Assembly (NCBI RefSeq): GCF_001753675.2
Contig: NZ_MJUW02000072.1
Span: 1 to 32,000, forward strand
From: Candidatus Brocadia sapporoensis
GTDB lineage: Bacteria; Planctomycetota; Brocadiia; Brocadiales; Brocadiaceae
DNA length: 32,000 bases
Direction: 5' to 3'
Position 1 is the stretch's first letter. The number at the start of each line of letters is the position of its first letter. This document shows, piece by piece, positions 16,166 to 24,500 of this stretch. A program made the position numbers and the translations under genes. The notes beneath the pieces were generated by a model. It was not told where the DNA came from, did not search any database, and saw nothing but the letters and a program-made list of their open reading frames with translations.

Positions 16166-16195
16166 TTGCAAATTCTACACTGTGTAGAATATAAT
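16166..16195 (+). promoter_or_regulatory. candidate promoter upstream of the blaI-like gene
   Basis: TTGCAA (16166-16171), an 18-nt spacer, then TATAAT (16190-16195). It lies about 90 nt upstream of the ATG at 16285. Confidence 0.5.
16172..16190. promoter_or_regulatory. perfect 19-bp palindrome, candidate BlaI/CopY-family operator
   Basis: ATTCTACAC-T-GTGTAGAAT has 9-bp perfect arms around T16181. It fills the whole -35/-10 spacer. It contains TACA...TGTA half-sites like the known BlaI/MecI/CopY operators. Confidence 0.55.
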
Positions 16196-16284
16196 CATGC
16201 CTATAATGCACGGCTCATAATAAGTACCTTTACTCAAAAAGATCGTGTCAATTTTAAGACCTTTTTCTTGCAAAAGAATACCTT

Positions 16285-16719
16285 ATGGGTAAACAGTTGA
16301 AATTCAATTTCAATCCTTTTAAAGAAGGATTGAACCATGTCTTAGGGACTCTGGAGAAAGATATTATGGAGGTATTGTGGAAGCACGGAGAGTCATCGGT
16401 AAAGGACATTTTGGATACTCTTCCGGCCGGCAGAAACATTTCATATTCTGCAGTGATTACCGTTACCAATCGAATGACCAAGAAAGCGCTTCTTCAGAAA
16501 AGGAAAGTGGGAAAGGCGTATTTTTATACGCCTATCTACGATAGAGAGAAATTCTTTGAAATTATATCAAAAAAAGTCGTGGAAGGAATTTCGGGATTTT
16601 CTCTTCAGTCAGCAATGGTGCATTTTGTGGACTATATGTCGCAAATGGATCCAGAAAAAATTGAATATTTTTCCAAACTGATCGAATCCAAGAGGCAATC
16701 ATTATCAAAAAAACGTTGA
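16285..16719 (+). CDS. BlaI/MecI/CopY-family winged-helix transcriptional repressor
   Basis: 144 aa. LEKDIMEVLWKHGESSVKDILDTL...YSAVITVTNRMTKKALLQKRKVGKAYFYTP matches the family pattern. The protein contains no Cys, so the CopY-type CxCxxxxCxC metal site is absent. Confidence 0.8.
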   Translation: MGKQLKFNFNPFKEGLNHVLGTLEKDIMEVLWKHGESSVKDILDTLPAGRNISYSAVITVTNRMTKKALLQKRKVGKAYFYTPIYDREKFFEIISKKVVEGISGFSLQSAMVHFVDYMSQMDPEKIEYFSKLIESKRQSLSKKR

Positions 16720-16734
16720 GAATTCAAAGTAAAC

Positions 16735-17712
16735 ATGAAACACGTAATCATAGACCAACAAGGAAAGGCACAATTATATTTTTTGCTGATAGTGTTTATC
16801 AATCTCACAATCTTTTCATTGATTGTTACTGGCGTTGTGATTGGCATCAAAGGGTATATATCTGATACCAGGTCTGTGTATACATCGATAACCTGCTGTG
16901 AGAGTATCTGCTCAACATGTTTTTTTACCTTGCATACCATAGCTACGATACTTCCCTGGGTCTGCATTGTAATACTTTTTGTTGGAATATGTGCAGCCAT
17001 TTATAAAGCGCTATACATACCCTATAGAAATAACAGCTTGATCCACTCTCTCCCGTCTCTTTCCATTGAGTGCTATCCCAAATTAAAAAATATTGCTCAC
17101 CGTATGCACTTTCACAATCAACTTGTGCTTTTAGACAACAGCGAATTACGTTACGCTTTTACATCGGGACTATGGAAGCCAAAAGTATATATATCTCTGG
17201 GCTTGTGTTTTTATTTAACAAGAAAGGAACTCCAGGCCGTACTCCTTCACGAGGCTCAACATAAAAAGAACAAAGATCCATTAAAATTATTTATTATACA
17301 AATATTGTATGCACTCAATTTTTTCCTTCCGATTAATCATTATTTGTTAGATCAATTTTCTTCCGCATCGGAGAAGGCAGCAGATGATAGCGCTGTAAAT
17401 GTTTCCAGAGAGCCTATAGAACTGGCGAGCGCACTTGTAAAGATATGCAAATCTAATCAAACAGCAGCGTTATATCCATTTGTCTCTTATTTCAAAGGAC
17501 AAAATGTTACAGAAGACCGAGTAAGACGTTTGCTGGAGCCGCAGATGCCTCCCCCCGATCTTTTTAAAGTTTACCTGTATTCTTCCAGTTTTTTATCTCT
17601 TTTTATTGCTACGATATTATTTTTGTCTTTATTTTATAAATTCTTACTACCTGCGTATGCCCCTGACTGTGCAGCTAAAACATGTCACATAGTCAGGTGC
17701 GGACAATCCTAA
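16735..17712 (+). CDS. M56-family (BlaR1-like) membrane metalloprotease without a penicillin-binding sensor domain
   Basis: 325 aa with several hydrophobic helices. The zinc motif sits in the family context RKELQAVLLHEAQHKKNKDP (HExxH). There is a Cys cluster TCCESICSTC...H and a C-terminal tail PDCAAKTCHIVRCGQS. The start is 15 nt after the repressor stop. Confidence 0.75.
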   Translation: MKHVIIDQQGKAQLYFLLIVFINLTIFSLIVTGVVIGIKGYISDTRSVYTSITCCESICSTCFFTLHTIATILPWVCIVILFVGICAAIYKALYIPYRNNSLIHSLPSLSIECYPKLKNIAHRMHFHNQLVLLDNSELRYAFTSGLWKPKVYISLGLCFYLTRKELQAVLLHEAQHKKNKDPLKLFIIQILYALNFFLPINHYLLDQFSSASEKAADDSAVNVSREPIELASALVKICKSNQTAALYPFVSYFKGQNVTEDRVRRLLEPQMPPPDLFKVYLYSSSFLSLFIATILFLSLFYKFLLPAYAPDCAAKTCHIVRCGQS

Positions 17713-17722
17713 TTTACAATAT

Positions 17723-19054
17723 ATGAATAGAATACTATCAAAAATATTTGTTCTCGTCTCCATCCTGCTTGTTTCTCATGCCATCGCCATTGCCCAGGAC
17801 AAATACAACATTACGGCTGTGAAACAAACGAACAACAAGAACGTTATTATTGAAATGAGTGAGACGGACGCCCCCTTGGACTTAAAATGGTTGATTCAGG
17901 AGGCAATGGAACATAATCCGGAAATTATTGCAGCTCAAAAACGTTTAAACGCTGCAAAAGCAAAGATTTCACAAGCTAAATCCTTGGACGACCCTAATAT
18001 CAGTATTGGTTCTTATCGGGCGTCTAATAGCCCCATTAGTGCCGAAGGTCAAGCCGATTTTTTTTCACGGCAACTTGGCGCATCCCAAAAGATACCTTTT
18101 CCTGGGAAACTGCGTTATAGAGGTGAGGTGGCTGCAGAAGAATCTAAAATAGTGGAAAAAGACCTGCAGTCTAAAATACAGGAAATTATAGCCCTTGTAA
18201 AATCTGCTTTTTACGAACTTTATTACATTAACAATGCTATTGACATTACGGACGAAAACAGAGAGCTATTGCGCAAGTTTGCTAAGATCGCAGAAACAAA
18301 ATATTCCGTAGGTAAGGCAACCCAGAGGGATGCGCTTGCAGCACAGGTCGAATTGTCTACCTTGGCTAATAATCTCATTGTTTTGAACAAGGAAAGGGAA
18401 TCAATTATCGCCCGATTAAACATCTTATTGGACAGACCCACACAGACCCCTTTGGGGAAACCCCGCTCTTTTGAAAAGCATACCCTTAATTTAACAATAA
18501 AAGAATTAGAAGGCCTTGCAGTTAATAATAGTCCGGAGCTTAAAAAGTTTGACCATGCTATTAAGAAGAATGAAGCGTCCTTAAAACTTTCAAAAAAGGA
18601 TTATTACTTTTCAGACATTGAACCCATGGTTGAATATATGCAAATGGATGGAATGCCTGACGCATGGACTACAAAACTTACTTTTAATGTACCATGGTTG
18701 TGGTCTAAAAACCGGTCGAAGGTTAAGGAGGCCAATGAAGATCTTTCCGCTGCCAGGTCTGATTATCGCTTCATTAACAATAAGACTTTTTTTGAGATAA
18801 AAGATTTTTTAACCAAAATACACTCCTCTGAAAGCACAACAAATCTTTATGAGACAGGCGTTATTCCTCAGGCCGAACAATCATTAAAGGCCGCGCGCAT
18901 TGGATACGAAACAGACAAGGCAGATTTTCTTACCCTGATCGACAGCCAACGGATTCTTTTAAACTCAAGACTACTTTACTATAGGGCACTGACCGATTAT
19001 GAGCAAAACCTGGCAAACATGGAAAGGGCTATAGGAATGCAGTTGACGCAATAA
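17723..19054 (+). CDS. TolC-family outer membrane factor of the efflux system
   Basis: 443 aa. It has a signal peptide (no lipobox Cys). LDLKWLIQEAMEHNPEIIAAQKRLNAAKAKISQAKS and the two-repeat helical organisation are typical of OMF proteins. Confidence 0.8.
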   Translation: MNRILSKIFVLVSILLVSHAIAIAQDKYNITAVKQTNNKNVIIEMSETDAPLDLKWLIQEAMEHNPEIIAAQKRLNAAKAKISQAKSLDDPNISIGSYRASNSPISAEGQADFFSRQLGASQKIPFPGKLRYRGEVAAEESKIVEKDLQSKIQEIIALVKSAFYELYYINNAIDITDENRELLRKFAKIAETKYSVGKATQRDALAAQVELSTLANNLIVLNKERESIIARLNILLDRPTQTPLGKPRSFEKHTLNLTIKELEGLAVNNSPELKKFDHAIKKNEASLKLSKKDYYFSDIEPMVEYMQMDGMPDAWTTKLTFNVPWLWSKNRSKVKEANEDLSAARSDYRFINNKTFFEIKDFLTKIHSSESTTNLYETGVIPQAEQSLKAARIGYETDKADFLTLIDSQRILLNSRLLYYRALTDYEQNLANMERAIGMQLTQ

Positions 19055-19160
19055 AACCCGTGCTTAGCTTTCTGCCATTAATGATATACCAAAGCTAATT
19101 GCTAATTGTCGATTGCTGATGGCTGAGCACTTATCATAAAAGTTAAGAAAGGAACGTTAT

Positions 19161-21272
19161 ATGTCTTTCAAACAATTTCTTCAAAAACACAAATATTTCG
19201 ATAAAAAAGGGTGGCATGGACAAACTTGTTTGTCCATGCCTGGCTTGATGTTTAGAAATTTTAAACTGATGGTACAACCGTCCCGGTTGCGCAAAGAAAA
19301 AAATCACCGAAGGCGTACTTTCATCAAACCTACGCTTGCTATCCTTAGTATCCTTTCCAGCATTTATGCACAGCACCTTGTAGTGATAAGGCGCACCTTG
19401 CCACCACAAGACGTATTCAGCCTTGTTTCTTCCGCAAACGCTGAAGAAGCAAAGGAAAAGAAGATACTCTACTGGACATGCGGAATGCACCCTTCCGTGA
19501 AAATGGATAAACCCGGTAAATGTCCTATTTGTGCAATGGACCTCGTTCCGGTTTATGAAAAAGGAGTAGCTGGTGAAAAAGAAGAAGGCACACTGACTAC
19601 CGTAGAACTGGGTGAACGTGCCCGTAAACTGGCGCGTGTCAAAACGGACGTTATTACTTATCGGTCATTAACCAAAGATATTTATACGGTAGGATTGATA
19701 GATTATGATGAAAGACTTACGGCCTTTGTGTCGGCGTGGATCCCGGGCAGAATTGATAAACTCTTTGTTGATTTCACTGGCACAGAAGTAGTAAAAGACG
19801 AAGCCATGGTCTGGATATACAGCCCGGAACTGGTATCTACACAGGAAGAATATCTTTTAGCATGTGAGACCCTGGAAAAAGTAAAGAAAAGCCCCTTCCC
19901 AGAAGTAATAAATGGCGCTAAATCACTTATTGATGCATCCAGAAGGAGATTATTATGGTGGGGTGTCACAGAAAAACAGATTTCAGAGCTTATAAAAGAT
20001 AAAAAGGTAAAGCAACATACGATCATATATGCCCCTATCAGCGGTACTGTTATCGAGAAAAAAGTGCTGGAAGGCCAATACGTTATGCAAGGCGGGATGA
20101 TATACACGGTTGCCGATCTTTCGAACATATGGATGAAGGCCAATGTTTATGAATATGAAATGGCATGGGTAAAGGTTGGGCAGGAAGTAGAGATCACGAC
20201 CCCCGCATATCCGGGAGAGGCTTTTATTGGGAAAGTTGCCTTTATAGAGCCGTTCCTTGACGATAAGACACGCTCGGTAAAGATTCGCTGCGATATCCCT
20301 AATCATCAGCTAAAACTCAAACCATCAATGTACGTCAACGCCCGCATACGGATACCGGTTGAAGAACTTGGAAGTGAAGGTGAACGTTATGTGAGTGGAC
20401 TGGATTACTTCTGTCCCAATCATCCGGAAATTAAATCCAGCAGACCGGGCATATGCCCTGAAGATAATCTCCCCTTTGCAAAGAAATCCCCTTCGCAAAT
20501 AGAACTAGTTACTGCTGCCAGTATGGCTTCGTCGCAAGGAGAAATTGAGTATGAATATGTATGTCCCATGGAATGCTACAGCTCCAAAGAACCCGGTAAT
20601 TGCCCAGTGTGCGGCATGAAGCTTGAGAAGGCAACTGTTAAGGCTTTAGGCAAGAAGTTAACATGCATTTGTCCACAAGAATGGGATCCAAAGGCAGCGC
20701 CAAAATCATGCCCTATATGCGGTATGTTACTAAAAAAGAGTATGACGATAACCTTGCCTAACGGTGAAGAAAAACATAAATTCGTGTATATGTGTCCGAT
20801 GGCGTGTATGACCTCTGAGAAACCAGGAGAATGTCCTGATTGTAAAAGGCAGATGGGCAGATGGGAGGTCAAAGAAGGGTTAAGGATAACAGCGCAAAAA
20901 ATAGAACTCAAAAGACGCAGCGTTTATGCCTGCCCCATGCATCCGGAGATAGTTTCCAATCAACCAGGGAATTGTAATAAATGCGGAATGAATCTTGGAA
21001 AAACTATCCAGGTGCTTGCCATCCCAGCCACCGCAGTGTTAGACACAGGCATACGAAAGATTGTTTATATCGATAAAGACAATGGACAATATATAGGAAA
21101 AGAAGTCGCTCTTGGTCTAAAAGCGGGTGATTACTATCCCATCTTGGATGGACTTGAAGAGGGAGATAAAGTGGTTACATCCGCAAACTTCCTCATCGAC
21201 TCCCAGAGTCAGCTTACCGGCGGAGCCAGCGCTTTGTACGGAGGATCGATGGAATTTAAGGAAGAAAAATAA
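19161..21272 (+). CDS. cusB: RND efflux periplasmic adaptor (CusB-like) with one N-terminal and five internal Cys-rich heavy-metal-binding modules
   Basis: The MFP core is present (ISGTVIEKKVLEGQYVMQGGMIYTVADLSNIWMKANVYE...). A membrane anchor lies around aa 55-76. Repeats of the type YxCPMHPE...PGxCPxCGM occur at aa 104-130 and aa 416-614. The start is uncertain: ATGs at 19236, 19248 and 19269 lie at or after the palindrome and are plausible. Confidence 0.85.
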   Translation: MSFKQFLQKHKYFDKKGWHGQTCLSMPGLMFRNFKLMVQPSRLRKEKNHRRRTFIKPTLAILSILSSIYAQHLVVIRRTLPPQDVFSLVSSANAEEAKEKKILYWTCGMHPSVKMDKPGKCPICAMDLVPVYEKGVAGEKEEGTLTTVELGERARKLARVKTDVITYRSLTKDIYTVGLIDYDERLTAFVSAWIPGRIDKLFVDFTGTEVVKDEAMVWIYSPELVSTQEEYLLACETLEKVKKSPFPEVINGAKSLIDASRRRLLWWGVTEKQISELIKDKKVKQHTIIYAPISGTVIEKKVLEGQYVMQGGMIYTVADLSNIWMKANVYEYEMAWVKVGQEVEITTPAYPGEAFIGKVAFIEPFLDDKTRSVKIRCDIPNHQLKLKPSMYVNARIRIPVEELGSEGERYVSGLDYFCPNHPEIKSSRPGICPEDNLPFAKKSPSQIELVTAASMASSQGEIEYEYVCPMECYSSKEPGNCPVCGMKLEKATVKALGKKLTCICPQEWDPKAAPKSCPICGMLLKKSMTITLPNGEEKHKFVYMCPMACMTSEKPGECPDCKRQMGRWEVKEGLRITAQKIELKRRSVYACPMHPEIVSNQPGNCNKCGMNLGKTIQVLAIPATAVLDTGIRKIVYIDKDNGQYIGKEVALGLKAGDYYPILDGLEEGDKVVTSANFLIDSQSQLTGGASALYGGSMEFKEEK
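19213..19240. repeat. 28-nt palindromic element, copy A, between the OMF and adaptor genes
   Basis: GGCATGGACAAAC-TT-GTTTGTCCATGCC has perfect 13-bp arms. It is preceded by AAAAAAGGGT. It lies inside the 5' end of the computed cusB ORF. Confidence 0.6.
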
Positions 21273-21365
21273 TCTTTGAAACCACCGATTACACAGACAA
21301 ATACAGACATTCTGTAATTTCTCTTTCAATGCAAAAAAATTTTAAAGTTTCTCATTGTACCATTT

Positions 21366-21433
21366 ACCCACCCCTAAATCCCCTCCCAAGAGGGACTTTG
21401 TAATTCCCCTCTCGGGAGGGGCCAGGGGTGGGT
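21366..21433. repeat. GC-rich nested inverted repeat in the cusB-cusA spacer
   Basis: ACCCACCCCT (21366-21375) pairs with AGGGGTGGGT (21424-21433). CCCCTCCC (21380-21387) pairs with GGGAGGGG (21414-21421). GAGGG (21390-21394) pairs with CCCTC (21407-21411). Its composition contrasts sharply with the AT-rich flanks. Confidence 0.6.
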
Positions 21434-21441
21434 GGAATGTC

Positions 21442-21469
21442 GTTGGGTTTTTGTCTTTTAAAACCCAAC
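21442..21469. repeat. second hairpin in the cusB-cusA spacer
   Basis: GTTGGGTTTT (21442-21451) pairs with AAAACCCAAC (21460-21469) around an 8-nt loop. No U-run follows it. Confidence 0.5.
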
Positions 21470-21592
21470 CTAATTTATGGAGAAGAATCTCTTCACTACA
21501 GAAGATTCGTGAATTAATTTTAAATATAGGCTTTGATTAAAAATAGGCCAGAAATCTGTGTAAGCTGTGAAATCTGTGGTTACAAAATTAGT

Positions 21593-24500
21593 ATGATCAA
21601 TAAACTCATTGAACTCTGCCTCAAAAACCGGTTCCTCATCATCTGCTTCTACCTTCTGGTGATATTTGGTGGCGTCTTTGGTTTAAAGAATATCAACATG
21701 GATGTCATTCCGGATATCGGTGAAAACCAGTGCATCATCTTTACCGATTGGCCAGGACGCAGTCCCCAGGACGTAGAAGATCAGGTCACCTACCCCCTGA
21801 CGGTTAATCTGCTTGGAGTACCCGGCGTAAAAGTTATACGCTCCCAATCAGGCTTTGGCTTTTCCATGATATTTATTGTCTTCCAGGAAAAGATTGATTT
21901 TTACTGGGCGCGCTCTCGTGTGTTGGAGAGGTTAAATTTTGTACAAGCGTTGCTTCCAAAAGATGTTGTCCCCCGATTGGGTCCAGATGCCACGGGACTT
22001 GGTCAGATTTTCTGGTATACCGTGGAAGGCGAAGGATATGACCTTGGACAACTGCGTTCCATACAGGACTGGTTTATTCGCTATCAACTTAATGCTGTGG
22101 AAGGCGTTTCAGAAGTCGCAGGAGTTGGTGGTTTTGTCAGACAATACCAGGTCGATGTCGATCCCAATAAATTGCTGGCATACCGTTTAACAGTGGGAAA
22201 CGTGTATGAAGCCGTGCGCAAGAGTAACATCGACGTAGGCGCCAAGGTCGTAGAAAGCAATAATATGGAGTTTATCGTCCGTGGACTTGGATTCATAAAA
22301 AACGTTTCCGATATTGAAAATATCACGGTGGGCAGTTATAACGGTGTGCCCATTTTCGTCAAAAACGTAGGTATTGTGCAGGTTGGGGGTGATTTCAGAC
22401 GCGGGGCGTTGGATAAGGAAGGCGCCGAGGTTGCTGGCGGCATTGTCCTCATGCGACAGGGGCAAAACCCCCTGGAGGTGATTAAAAGGATAAAAAAGAA
22501 GATGAAAGAGATTGCGCCGGGGTTGCCGCCGGGCGTAAAGATCGTGCCCTTTTATGACAGGGAAGGTCTTATCTACCGGGTTATTGATACCCTGAGAGAG
22601 GCGCTGATAGAAGAGATCATCATCACTTCCCTGGTTGTAGCGATTTTCCTCTTACATGTCCGGAGTATTTTTATCTGCTGTCTCGGATTCCCTATATCCA
22701 TACTTGTTTCATTCCTGGGCATGTATTTTATGGGTATCGACTCAAACATCATGTCCCTCACAGGTATCGCCATTGCAATTGGTGAGGTAAGCGATATGAG
22801 CATCGTCATGACGGAGAATATCTTCAGAAATCTCATAGAACAAAAGGATAAGAAAAGCAGACCGCAGATCATCCTTGACGCCTCGAAAGAGGTTGGCAGT
22901 TCCATTTTCTTCGCTGCTTTAACCACCATATTTATGTTCTTTCCGGTATTTGGTCTCACCGGGCAGGAAGGAAAGCTCTTTAAACCGCTGGCGTGGACAA
23001 AGACCTTTGCCATTGGGGCATCGGTTGTTATGGCAATTACCCTGGTGCCTATACTTTGTACCTTTCTGTTAAAAGGTAAACTAAGGCCTATGGAGGAGAA
23101 TTTTTCCTCCAGGATGCTTTTGAATGGTTATCAACCCGTGCTTAGGTGGGTGTTGGATCATAAGAAGACGTTCCTTGCTATCCCGCTTGCCATTGTCGTT
23201 TCATCTGTCTTTGTGGCAAAAAGGATTGGGAGGGAGTTCATGCCGCCCCTGGACGAAGGTTCTATCCTGTTTATGCCGGTGATGCTACCCAGCGTGGCCT
23301 TAACGGATGCCTTCAGGGTCATGCAGAAACAGGATATGATAATAAAATCCTTTCCGGAAATAGATATAGCAGTTGGAAAATTAGGGAGGGCGGAAACCCC
23401 TACAGACCCGGCGCCCGTCGAGATGTTTGAGACCGTTGTTACCCTAAAACCAAGGGAAGAATGGCGTAAAAAGAAGATCGAATACAAATTTTTAAACTAT
23501 GTGCCCCCCCTCTTTCATCCCCTTTTTCATTGGATTTTGCCAGACGAGCGAACGATTACCAAGCAGGAACTCATCAAGGAAATGGATGAAGCTTTAAGGA
23601 TACCTGGTGTTGCAAACATATGGACACAGCCCATCATAAATCGTGTGGACATGCTGGCAACGGGAATTCGTACATCGGTTGGTGTCAAGATATTTGGAAC
23701 GGACCTGAACGTATTGCAACAATTGGCCATTGACATTGAAAAAGCGCTACAGGATGTGCCCGGTGTTGCGGATCTTTATGCAGAAAGGATCACAGGAAAA
23801 CCATATCTGGAATATCATATTAAACGGGAGGAAATCGCCCGCTATGGTATCAATATCCAGGATGTGCAGGATGTTATTGAATCTGCTATTGGAGGAGAAA
23901 ATATTTCCACAACGGTAGAGGGACGCGAGCGCTATCCCATACGGGTCAGATACGCCCGGGAACTGAGGGACAATTTTGACGCGCTAAAAAAGATTTATGT
24001 TCCAAGCTCTGGAGGTCAACGTATTCCTATTACACAGGTCACCGATATACGTTACGTAATGGGACCGGCCATGATCAGCAGCGAGAATGCCCTCCTGAGG
24101 GCTTATGTCCTAATGAATGTCCGCGGTAAAGATCCAATGAGCTTTGTAGAAGAGGCATCCAGGGTCGTGTCGCAAAAAGTTATGTTGCCTCATGGGTACT
24201 TTGTTCAATGGAGCGGTCAGTTTGAAAATCAGATCAGGGCCAGAAAGAGATTGCAAATCCTTGTGCCTTTATCCATGGTTGTTGGCTTTCTCCTGATTTT
24301 TATGGCCTTTAAATCATTCCCGCAAACAATGTTTATCCTGTTTGCCGGTATACCAACGGCCATTGCAGGTGGTGTCTGGCTTCAATACCTGTTTGGCTAT
24401 AACTTCAGCGTCGCTGTCTGGGTAGGTTTTATCTCTATCTTTGGTATTGTGGATGACGATTCCGTCCTTATTACTACCTATATTAACGATCTGTTTGGTA

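Noticed and set aside
19143-19490. 115-aa minus-strand ORF across the OMF-cusB junction, and the similar 87-aa minus ORF at 9191-9454
   Set aside because: They overlap well-supported plus-strand starts and SD sites, have no family resemblance, and lie in otherwise co-directional operons.
21355-21540. 61-aa ORF (MYHLPTPKSPPKRDFVIPLSGGARGGWNVVG...) in the cusB-cusA spacer
   Set aside because: It has a TTG start and no SD. Its Pro/Gly/Arg-rich core is simply the translation of the GC-rich nested inverted repeat. I treat it as a non-coding repeat rather than a CDS.
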